Part shown: piece by piece, positions 18,734-28,031 of the stretch
How positions within the stretch are numbered: the stretch's first letter is position 1
How the letters are laid out: each line of letters begins with the position of its first letter
Assembly (NCBI GenBank): GCA_041595655.1
Contig: JBFHJY010000001.1
Location: 1-34,139 of the forward strand
Direction of reading: 5' to 3'
Length of the DNA: 34,139 nucleotides
DNA from: Azoarcus sp.
GTDB lineage: Bacteria; Pseudomonadota; Gammaproteobacteria; Burkholderiales; Rhodocyclaceae
Notes under the pieces: model-generated
Told to the model about the DNA's origin: nothing
Database searches by the model: none
Seen by the model: only the letters and a program-made list of their open reading frames with translations
Program-made: the position numbers and the translations under genes

Positions 18734-18907
18734 TACTTTTGTCGTGCTTTTCAGGCTTCGAACGTAGCAAAATCAAGGTGATCGGTGTGTAGAGGACGTA
18801 CAGGAGGCACGCCTTTCCGGCGCAGGAAATTTTTCGCCGGAAGAGGTGCCCGGGTGTGTCTGCGGTGCAACGCCGATCATTGCCGGGCCATGCGCGATGG
18901 CTCGTCC

Positions 18908-19843
18908 TCAGTCCGCCGCCCGACGCGGCGCGAAATGGACGATCTGGCGGGGCGCCAGCTCCGGCTGCAAAGTGATGTGGCCGATGCCGAAACGCTCGGC
19001 GAGCAGGGACTGCAGGCGTGGCAGTACCACAGGCCAGTCTTCGGCGCGCATCAGGACGACGTGCGCCGACAGTGCCGTTTCGCGCGAATCCAGATTCCAG
19101 ATATGCAGGTCGTGCACCGAAGTGACGCCCTCGACGGAAGCCATGGTCGTGCCGACTTCGGGCAGGGTGATGCGAGGCGGTACGCCGTCGAGCAGGGTGT
19201 GTACCGCCTGGCGCAGCAGGCGCAGCGTGGCGGCAAGGATCAGGCCGCAGATCAGCATCGACAGCAGCGGATCGATGGGCGTCCATCCGGTGAAATGGAT
19301 GACCATCCCTGCCACCAGCGCCGCGACGGAGCCGAGCAGGTCGCCCATGACGTGCAGCAGGGCGGCACGTGTGTTGAGGTTGGCCTCGCCGCGCGACAGC
19401 ATCCACGCGACGACGAGGTTCACGCCGAGGCCGATGGCGGCCACCACCATCACTGCCATGCCCTGGATGGCGCGTGGCTCGAGCAGGCGCTCGACGGCAT
19501 GCCACACGATGATGGCGACCACCGCCAGCATGGCCAGTCCGTTGAGCAGGCCGGCAAGCGTCTCGACACGCCGCAGGCCATAGCTGTGGGTTGCGCTCGC
19601 CGGAAGTGCCGACAGCCGCGCCGCGACCGCTGCGAGTGCGAGCGACATGCTGTCGGTGACCATGTGGCCCGCATCCGACAGCAAGGCCAGCGACCCCGAC
19701 CACCAGCCCGCGAGCGCTTCCACTGCAGCGAAGCCGAGCGTGAACATCAGTGCGACAGTCAGCACCCGGGCGGACGCGGACGCGCCGTGGTGATGGTGGG
19801 CATGATCGTGATCGTGGTGGTCGTGTGCGTGGTGCTGCGCCAT
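18908..19843 (-). CDS. Cation diffusion facilitator (ZitB/CzcD-like Zn/Co/Cd efflux)
   Basis: His-rich N-terminus, SLALLSDAGHMVTD, LHVMGDLLGS, VHDLHIW, HITLQPE. Confidence 0.92.
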   Translation of the reverse strand: MAQHHAHDHHDHDHAHHHHGASASARVLTVALMFTLGFAAVEALAGWWSGSLALLSDAGHMVTDSMSLALAAVAARLSALPASATHSYGLRRVETLAGLLNGLAMLAVVAIIVWHAVERLLEPRAIQGMAVMVVAAIGLGVNLVVAWMLSRGEANLNTRAALLHVMGDLLGSVAALVAGMVIHFTGWTPIDPLLSMLICGLILAATLRLLRQAVHTLLDGVPPRITLPEVGTTMASVEGVTSVHDLHIWNLDSRETALSAHVVLMRAEDWPVVLPRLQSLLAERFGIGHITLQPELAPRQIVHFAPRRAAD

Positions 19844-19896
19844 CGGGGTATCGTTCTCGGCAGGCGGGTCGGAGGATTCATGCAGGAGGCTACATC

Positions 19897-20787
19897 ATGC
19901 GCATCATCAGCTGGAACATTCAATGGGGGCGGGGTGCGGACGGCCGCGTCGACCTGTCGCGCACGGTCCAGGCACTCGATGCGCTGGGGCCGGCGGAAGT
20001 GATCTGCCTGCAGGAGGTGGCGCGCGGCTTCCCCTCGCTGTCGGGTTCTCCCGCGGACGAAGTGGCGACGCTCGCGGGCGCCTTCCCGCAGCATGAGGCG
20101 GTATTCGCTGCCGCAGTCGACGTTCCGGGCGAGGCCGGAGACCGTGGGCAGTTCGGCAACCTGCTGCTGACAACGCTGCCGGTCCTGCAGATACTGCGTC
20201 ATGCCCTGCCGTTTCCGGCCGATCCGACGGTTCCGGGCATGCCGCGTTGCTGTCTGGAAGTGGTGCTGGATTCTCCGCTTGGTCCCTTGCGCGTGCTGAC
20301 CACCCATCTGGAGTACTACTCGGCATGCCAGCGCCGGGCGCAGATTGCCGCGTTGCAGGCATTGCAACTGGAGGCTGCGGAGCATGCCGGAGCGAGGCCG
20401 CGAACCGCAGACGGAAATCCGGTGTTTGCGCCGCGCCCGCGTCCGGAGCGGGCCGTGCTGTGCGGCGACTTCAATTTCGAGCCGTCATCGGCTGATTACG
20501 CCAGGATGAGTGCAGCGGGATCGCCCTGGCTGGATGGCTGGCAGGTCGTGCATGGTGGTCTTCCTCACGCGCCGAGTGTCGGCCTGCACGGCGCGGAGTG
20601 GCCGGGAAGGGAGTATTGCTGCGACTATTTCTGGGTGTCGGGGCCGCTGACCGCGCGTGTCGTCGATGTGCGTGTAGATTCGGCTACGGCAGCATCCGAT
20701 CATCAGCCGGTGGTCCTCGATCTTGCCGGAGGGGCTCAGGCAACGGACGGGTGTGACGCGTCGAGCGGCTCGATCAGTTCGCGGTAG
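19897..20787 (+). CDS. Endonuclease/exonuclease/phosphatase family protein
   Basis: ISWNIQ, CLQEV, TTHL, CGDFN, DYFW and SDHQP; AGGAGG RBS before ATG 19897. Confidence 0.88.
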   Translation: MRIISWNIQWGRGADGRVDLSRTVQALDALGPAEVICLQEVARGFPSLSGSPADEVATLAGAFPQHEAVFAAAVDVPGEAGDRGQFGNLLLTTLPVLQILRHALPFPADPTVPGMPRCCLEVVLDSPLGPLRVLTTHLEYYSACQRRAQIAALQALQLEAAEHAGARPRTADGNPVFAPRPRPERAVLCGDFNFEPSSADYARMSAAGSPWLDGWQVVHGGLPHAPSVGLHGAEWPGREYCCDYFWVSGPLTARVVDVRVDSATAASDHQPVVLDLAGGAQATDGCDASSGSISSR

Positions 20788-21545
20788 GCGTGCCAGGTGG
20801 CGTGGCCGACAATGGGCATCAGGACGACCAGTCCGAGGTGGAAGGTGAGGAAGCCGACGACCGTGAAACTGACTATGATGGCCGCCCACACGATCATCGC
20901 GAGCGGGTTGATGAGCAGCGAACCGACGCTGCCGAGCATCGACGACACGGCGTCCTGGTTGCGGTCGAGCATCAGCGGCAGCGAGCAGACGCTGAAGGCG
21001 AAGGCCACGGTGGCGAAGATCAGGCCCACGCCGGCGTAGATCGCAAGGAACTGCAGGTTGTCCATGACCAGTAGTTGCTTGAGGAAGCCGGAGAGGTTAG
21101 GCATCTCGCTGGTGTAGAACAGCGCGAAGATGACCAGCGAGGCCCGCGCCCAGACGATGAACACGATACCGAGCACCACGGCGAAGATGCCGATGTTGCC
21201 GGCATTGCGTTTCCAGACCGTGAGCGTGGGTGTGAGCGAACAGCCCTCGTTGCGTTCGTGACGGCGGCTGATTTCGTACAGGCCCATCGCGAGGAACGGG
21301 CCCAGCAGGAGGAAGCCCGAGGTCACTGCCATTGCGTACTCGTAGGCATGCTCGAAGACGAAAGTCATCAGCAGGCCCATACCGGCAAAGCAGAACCCGT
21401 AGAACAGGCTTGGCAGCGGGCAGCTTTTCAGGTCGCCGATGCCGCGGGCGATCCAGCGGAAAGGGGCGGTGGCCGGAATGTTTCTGGGACGCGGGAAGGG
21501 AAGACCTTCATCCCCGCCATTGGCAGCGTTGCCGGTATGCGACAT
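20736..21545 (-). CDS. DUF2189-like integral membrane protein
   Basis: GFLLLGPFLAMGLYEISRR and PIVGHATWHAYRELI; several TM helices; AGGAGG RBS. Confidence 0.8.
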   Translation of the reverse strand: MSHTGNAANGGDEGLPFPRPRNIPATAPFRWIARGIGDLKSCPLPSLFYGFCFAGMGLLMTFVFEHAYEYAMAVTSGFLLLGPFLAMGLYEISRRHERNEGCSLTPTLTVWKRNAGNIGIFAVVLGIVFIVWARASLVIFALFYTSEMPNLSGFLKQLLVMDNLQFLAIYAGVGLIFATVAFAFSVCSLPLMLDRNQDAVSSMLGSVGSLLINPLAMIVWAAIIVSFTVVGFLTFHLGLVVLMPIVGHATWHAYRELIEPLDASHPSVA

Positions 21546-21612
21546 CTCTCCCTCCTGTTGGCGTCGAACCTTTTTTGTTTTTGGTGTTCTTCTAGATGCC
21601 AGCCTGGTGCGC

Positions 21613-21825
21613 TCAGGCGATATCGCCCGGTTCGACGATGCGCTCCAGTGCCGCGATGCGATCCTTCAATGCGAGCTTCCTTTTTTTGAGCCGCCGGATC
21701 AGCAGGGCATCGTCCACAGGCGTGGTTTCGAGCCGTTCGATGGCGGCATCCAGATCACGGTGCTCGATACGCAATTCCTCGAGTTGGTCGCGCAGTACGT
21801 CGAGTTGGGATTCTTGCCCGGGCAT
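21613..21825 (-). CDS. DUF465/YdcH family small coiled-coil protein
   Basis: LRIEHRDLDAAI...RRLKKRKLALKDRI...PGDIA. Confidence 0.85.
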   Translation of the reverse strand: MPGQESQLDVLRDQLEELRIEHRDLDAAIERLETTPVDDALLIRRLKKRKLALKDRIAALERIVEPGDIA

Positions 21826-21993
21826 GCTGCGACGGTCCGGCTGGCCTTGATGCCTGCTATGGTAGGCGTGCCACTGATTGATGACAACATGCTTGTTGAC
21901 GCGTGTCGCGGCCTTGAAATCGGATTGGCCGGCGCCACCTGTAACATCGGAGAAGCTGCAGTTCCACCTGACCACAGTGAAAGGAGTACGAAC

Positions 21994-22227
21994 ATGATGA
22001 AGATCGTATGCAACAGTCCGGATCTGTATGTGGTCGATTATCCCGCCATCGACGCCGTCGAAGTCATCGACAAGCGCGTCGGCAGGGGGGCCTTGATGCG
22101 CAATGAGACCGCACAGCGTTTTCGCGTGGAGCTGGAGGAGTGGGCCGAGTCCGAAGATCCCGATACGCTCGAGGCCTTCATCGGTCACTATGGCGCGTTG
22201 ATGACACAGAACGCGATCTATCATTGA
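21994..22227 (+). CDS. DUF3567-like (BTH_I0359 family) small protein
   Basis: NS..YVV..., EVIDK, AQRFR and LMTQ...H pattern of this betaproteobacterial family; AAGGAG RBS. Confidence 0.7.
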   Translation: MMKIVCNSPDLYVVDYPAIDAVEVIDKRVGRGALMRNETAQRFRVELEEWAESEDPDTLEAFIGHYGALMTQNAIYH

Positions 22228-22255
22228 TGCCCTCTTCACGGCATTACGGCAGCAG

Positions 22256-22804
22256 ATGAGCAAGGCATTCACCCGGGAAGGCGACGGCGACGAGGACGAG
22301 CAGGACGTCCCTGTCGCCGTGCGCCTGCCGCCCGGTACCAAGAACTACATCACCCGAAGGGGTTATGACGCCTTGCGCGTCGAACTCGAGCAGCTCGTCA
22401 AGCGCGAACGTCCCAAGCTGGTCGAGACCGTCGCCTGGGCAGCCGGCAACGGCGATCGCTCGGAGAACGGCGACTACATCTACGGCAAGAAGCGATTGCG
22501 CGAGATCGATCGCCGCATCCGCTTCCTGATCAAGCGCATCGAGAACGCCGAGGTCGTTGATCCGGAGTTGCAGGCGGGCAACGATCAGGTGTTTTTCGGC
22601 GCTACCGTCACCATCCATGACGGCGAGGCCGAGCAGACCTGGCAGATCGTCGGCGTGGACGAGGCCGACGCCAGCAATGGTCGTATCAGCTGGATCGCTC
22701 CGCTGTCGCGCGCGCTGATCAAGGCGCGCGAGGGTGACGTGGTGCGCTTCATGAGCCCGGCCGGGCCGCGCGAGATCGAAGTGGTCGAAGTGCGCTACAT
22801 CTAG
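22256..22804 (+). CDS. greB: Transcription elongation factor GreB
   Basis: [55 protein letters not shown]. Confidence 0.95.
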   Translation: MSKAFTREGDGDEDEQDVPVAVRLPPGTKNYITRRGYDALRVELEQLVKRERPKLVETVAWAAGNGDRSENGDYIYGKKRLREIDRRIRFLIKRIENAEVVDPELQAGNDQVFFGATVTIHDGEAEQTWQIVGVDEADASNGRISWIAPLSRALIKAREGDVVRFMSPAGPREIEVVEVRYI

Positions 22805-22861
22805 GGCCCGTTCGCATTTGCCATGGTGTTCCGCCGGCGCAATTGTGTGCAGGCCGCAGGG

Positions 22862-22889
22862 CTTGAAATCCGCGAGGCAGCGTCCATAT
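22862..22889 (+). promoter_or_regulatory. Sigma32 (RpoH) heat-shock promoter of htpG
   Basis: CTTGAAA-N13-GTCCATAT versus consensus CTTGAAA-N13/14-CCCCATNT. Confidence 0.75.
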
Positions 22890-22922
22890 CCCTTCCGTTC
22901 ATCAACCTACGGAGTCGAAGGG

Positions 22923-24851
<1,929 letters not shown>

Positions 24852-24865
24852 TCCGCAGCAATCGC

Positions 24866-24891
24866 AAAAGGCCGCGCGAGCGGCCTTTTTT
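24866..24891. terminator. Bidirectional intrinsic terminator
   Basis: AAAAGGCCGC-gcga-GCGGCCTTTTTT between convergent htpG and ClC genes. Confidence 0.85.
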
Positions 24892-26330
24892 CATTTGCGG
24901 GGCTCGGTGCCCGGAGCGTCCGGCGGCGCCGCCGGTGCGGTGTCTGGCGTCGGTGGCGCGGAAGGCGGCGCATGCTCACGGTGCACTTCGGCCTCGGTGC
25001 GGCGCAGCAGCGGATAGGCCAGCGCCTGGTACAGCGGCACGGGCGAGACCGTACGTGCGATGGCGTGCGCGATCACCGACGTCGCCATCAGCGGCAGCAG
25101 CATGTGATGGTTGTCCGTCATTTCCATGACGATCACGAAGGAGGTGATCGGCGTCTGCGTCATCGCCGACAGAAAGGCCACCATGCCCAGCGCTAGCACG
25201 GCCGCCGCCTGATCGGGCGGCAGGAGCCACGCGACGTTGGCGCCCAGACCTGCGCCCACGGCCAACGATGGCGCGAAGATGCCGCCCGGGATGCGGCTGG
25301 CAAAGACGAGCCAGATCACGAACATCTTGACCAGCATGAAATACATCGGCAGTGCTGTTTCGCCTTCGAGCGCGGCCTTGGTCTCATCGTAACCGGGGCC
25401 GTACGACAGACCGCCGGTGGCGAGCCCCGCAACGGCCGTCGCCAGCCCGCAGCCTGCGGCGAACAGCACCGGGCGTTGTGCGGCGAGCCGGCCGATGCTT
25501 CCCGGCAGGCCGCGCGAGGAGGCGATCAGCATGCGGCTGAAGAGCCCCCCGAACAATCCACCGAAGGCGCCGCACAGGATGATCGGCCAGACGCCGTCGG
25601 GCCAGCTGAGCGTGGCCGGCGTGGAGCCGAAGTATGTGTAGCCGCCCAGTACCGCGACCGACATCAGACCGGCGAAGATGACGCTGGTCAGCGTCGTGTT
25701 GTTGGCCTGGAAGGCCCGGTAGCGGCACATCTCTTCGATGGCGAACATGATTCCGCCAAGCGGGGTGTTGAAGGCCGCGGCCACGCCCGCGCCACTGCCG
25801 GCCACGATCAGGTCGCGGCTCGATGCGATGCGGTTCTTGCGCCGTCGGCCATACAGCGCGTGCATGACCGAAGCGCCGATCTGCACCGACGGCCCCTCGC
25901 GGCCGGCCGAGGCGCCGCACAGCATGGCGCCCAGAGTTAGGATGATCTTGGCGATGGCAATGCGGATCGACAACAGCCTGTGGCGGATCCGGCGATTGTC
26001 CGTGAGCGAGGCGGCGATTGCCTGGGGAATGCCGCTGCCCAGCGTTGCCGGCACGAAGCGGCGCGCAATCCACACGATCAAGGCGAAGCCGGCCGGGGCC
26101 ACGATGAGCGTCAGCCACGGATGTTCCTGCATGACATCGCGATGTATGGCGATGGCGAATTCGGCCCCGATCGCGAACAGGATGCAGAGCAGGCCGGCCA
26201 GCAGTGCGCCGACCACCAGCAACAGGCGCTGTCGCCAGCGATGCAGGGACAGCCACGGCATCGCATAGCGGAAACCGCTGCGCCGGAATTGGCGCCAGGC
26301 ACGGGTCGACGTGATGCGTAGGGATTTCAT
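24891..26330 (-). CDS. ClC-family Cl-/H+ antiporter (ClcA-like)
   Basis: GSGIP, GREGP (gating Glu), AAFNTPLGG, FAIEEM (proton Glu), GIFAP and PLY. Confidence 0.9.
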   Translation of the reverse strand: MKSLRITSTRAWRQFRRSGFRYAMPWLSLHRWRQRLLLVVGALLAGLLCILFAIGAEFAIAIHRDVMQEHPWLTLIVAPAGFALIVWIARRFVPATLGSGIPQAIAASLTDNRRIRHRLLSIRIAIAKIILTLGAMLCGASAGREGPSVQIGASVMHALYGRRRKNRIASSRDLIVAGSGAGVAAAFNTPLGGIMFAIEEMCRYRAFQANNTTLTSVIFAGLMSVAVLGGYTYFGSTPATLSWPDGVWPIILCGAFGGLFGGLFSRMLIASSRGLPGSIGRLAAQRPVLFAAGCGLATAVAGLATGGLSYGPGYDETKAALEGETALPMYFMLVKMFVIWLVFASRIPGGIFAPSLAVGAGLGANVAWLLPPDQAAAVLALGMVAFLSAMTQTPITSFVIVMEMTDNHHMLLPLMATSVIAHAIARTVSPVPLYQALAYPLLRRTEAEVHREHAPPSAPPTPDTAPAAPPDAPGTEPRK

Positions 26331-26449
26331 CGGGTCGGTGTTGACGGTTGCGGGGGGCGCAAGACACTTGCGTTACGATACGCGGAATGTCGCACGGCGC
26401 AATGCACGCGCCATTTTTACCTTCTGATGATCCTTTCGGAGTGTCTTTC

Positions 26450-26968
26450 ATGCCACGCAAGAGCACGCCCCGGTCTCCTGTCCCGGAGAATGATGCGCCG
26501 GCCGTACCGTCGCCGCTGTCCGTATTGCAGCGCTTTCGTGTGATCGTGCGCACGGCGCAACGGCACTCGCAGTGGATCGAACGGCAGAGTGGCGTCACCG
26601 GAGCACAGCTGTGGGCCTTGCAGGAGCTGTCCGAGCGTCCCGGCCTGCGGGTCGGCGAGCTGGCCAATCTGATGGCACTGCATCAATCCACCGCATCGAA
26701 CATGGTTGACCGCCTCGAGGGGGGCGGTCTGGTGAGCAAGGAGCGCACCCGGACGGATCAGCGCGTCGTACGCCTGTATCTCACCGACAAGGGCAGCAGC
26801 CTGCTCGCCGCGGCGCCTTCGCCTGCGCGCGGTGTCCTGCCCGAAGCGCTGCGTCTGTTGCCGGCCGAAGAGCTGTCCCGGCTGCAGCATGACCTGGACG
26901 GGCTGTTGTCGCGGATCAGGGACATGGACGAAGGCTTCGGGATGCAGCCCTTGCCTTTCACGGAATGA
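26450..26968 (+). CDS. MarR-family transcriptional regulator
   Basis: GVTGAQLWAL, HTH ELANLMALHQSTASNMVDRLE and wing DQRVVRLYLTDKG; GGAG upstream of ATG 26450. Confidence 0.9.
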   Translation: MPRKSTPRSPVPENDAPAVPSPLSVLQRFRVIVRTAQRHSQWIERQSGVTGAQLWALQELSERPGLRVGELANLMALHQSTASNMVDRLEGGGLVSKERTRTDQRVVRLYLTDKGSSLLAAAPSPARGVLPEALRLLPAEELSRLQHDLDGLLSRIRDMDEGFGMQPLPFTE

Positions 26969-27193
26969 CGGCGCGTGGTTCCGACCGCGCCTGGAGCGTC
27001 AGCCGTCATGCATGTCGGGCGATATCGGTCGGGGAATTGAAGCCGCTTCCGCAGGACACTTGGGGGTGATGCCGATGTCCTTGCGCCGGCCGGGCCGGAT
27101 GGGGGCGTGATGCGTCCCGGGCGAACGGTGCAGAGGCGTTCTGCGTCATGCGCTTGGGATCGGCCATGGGTGTGGAATACGGGCAACAAGCGT

Positions 27194-27223
27194 TTGCAAT
27201 CGTTCTTGCACGCGACGTATCAT
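27194..27223 (+). promoter_or_regulatory. Sigma70-like promoter for the cytochrome c pair
   Basis: TTGCAA-N18-TATCAT. Confidence 0.45.
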
Positions 27224-27317
27224 CCGAACGGATTCGTGGGTATTACAAGAGAAAGAAAGAGAGAGGAATCAAGGCTCGAGCACCAATAAGAACCAATCCA
27301 CAACCGAGGGAGATCGT

Positions 27318-27641
27318 ATGGTGGGGAAACGCATATTGATTGCCGTGGGATTCGCACTGGCTTGCGGCTCGGCCGCTGCGGTGGAAGGAAATCCGGAGGC
27401 TGCGAAGGACAAGCTCTCGATGTGTCAGGGCTGTCATGGCATCCCCGGCTATCGTACGGCATATCCTGAAGTCTACCCGGTGCCTCTGCTCGGAGGTCAG
27501 CACGCGCAGTACATCGTCAAGTCGCTGCAGGCCTATCGCGATGGAACACGTAAGCATCCGAGCATGCAGGCGATCGCCAGCAGTCTGAGCGATCAGGACA
27601 TGGCCGATCTTGCGGCCTACTACGCCCAACCGGAGAAGTGA
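27318..27641 (+). CDS. Periplasmic monoheme class I cytochrome c (c4/c553-like)
   Basis: Signal peptide, CQGCH, P.LGGQHAQYI and distal Met in HPSMQ. Confidence 0.9.
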   Translation: MVGKRILIAVGFALACGSAAAVEGNPEAAKDKLSMCQGCHGIPGYRTAYPEVYPVPLLGGQHAQYIVKSLQAYRDGTRKHPSMQAIASSLSDQDMADLAAYYAQPEK

Positions 27642-27645
27642 GACG

Positions 27646-27972
27646 ATGAAGGCTTTCGGCAAACTTTCCTGCCTCGCGGCGCTGATGCTCGCCGTGTCCC
27701 TTACAGCCCATGCCGGTGATGCTGCACGCGGCAAGACCCTTTCAACGACCTGTGCTGCCTGCCATGGCCCCGAAGGCAAGAGCGCGGCACCGGACTTTCC
27801 CAACATCGGTGGCCAGATTCCGGAATACCTCTACCGTGCCTTGCTCGACTACAAGCTCGGTAACCGTGAAGATCCCATCATGGCCGGACAGGTCGCCAAT
27901 CTGAGCAAGCAGGACATGCTTGATCTGGCAGCCTTCTTTGGAGCGCAGAGCGGCCTGACGCTGAAGCGCTGA
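27646..27972 (+). CDS. Periplasmic monoheme class I cytochrome c (c4/c553-like)
   Basis: Signal peptide ending AHA, CAACH, PNIGGQ and distal Met in DPIMAG. Confidence 0.9.
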   Translation: MKAFGKLSCLAALMLAVSLTAHAGDAARGKTLSTTCAACHGPEGKSAAPDFPNIGGQIPEYLYRALLDYKLGNREDPIMAGQVANLSKQDMLDLAAFFGAQSGLTLKR

Positions 27973-27987
27973 CCGGCTCCGGCATTC

Positions 27988-28031
27988 TGAAAAACGCCGT
28001 GTCCCGTGATTGCGGGGCACGGCGTTTTTCA
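27988..28031. terminator. Bidirectional intrinsic terminator
   Basis: TGAAAAACGCCGTGTCCCG...CGGGGCACGGCGTTTTTCA between convergent genes. Confidence 0.8.

Noticed and set aside
18587-18907. Cobalamin riboswitch upstream of nrdJ, or an intein within nrdJ
   Set aside because: No B12-box-like motifs were recognised upstream, and the catalytic motifs are normally spaced with no intein signatures.
21439-22341. Long overlapping ORFs 21439-22227 (+) and 21613-22341 (-)
   Set aside because: Only their 3' parts are credible genes (DUF3567-like and DUF465); the extensions are open-frame artefacts.
26969-27190. Small ORFs or ncRNA downstream of marR
   Set aside because: No convincing RBS-ORF, stable conserved-looking structure or terminator was recognised.
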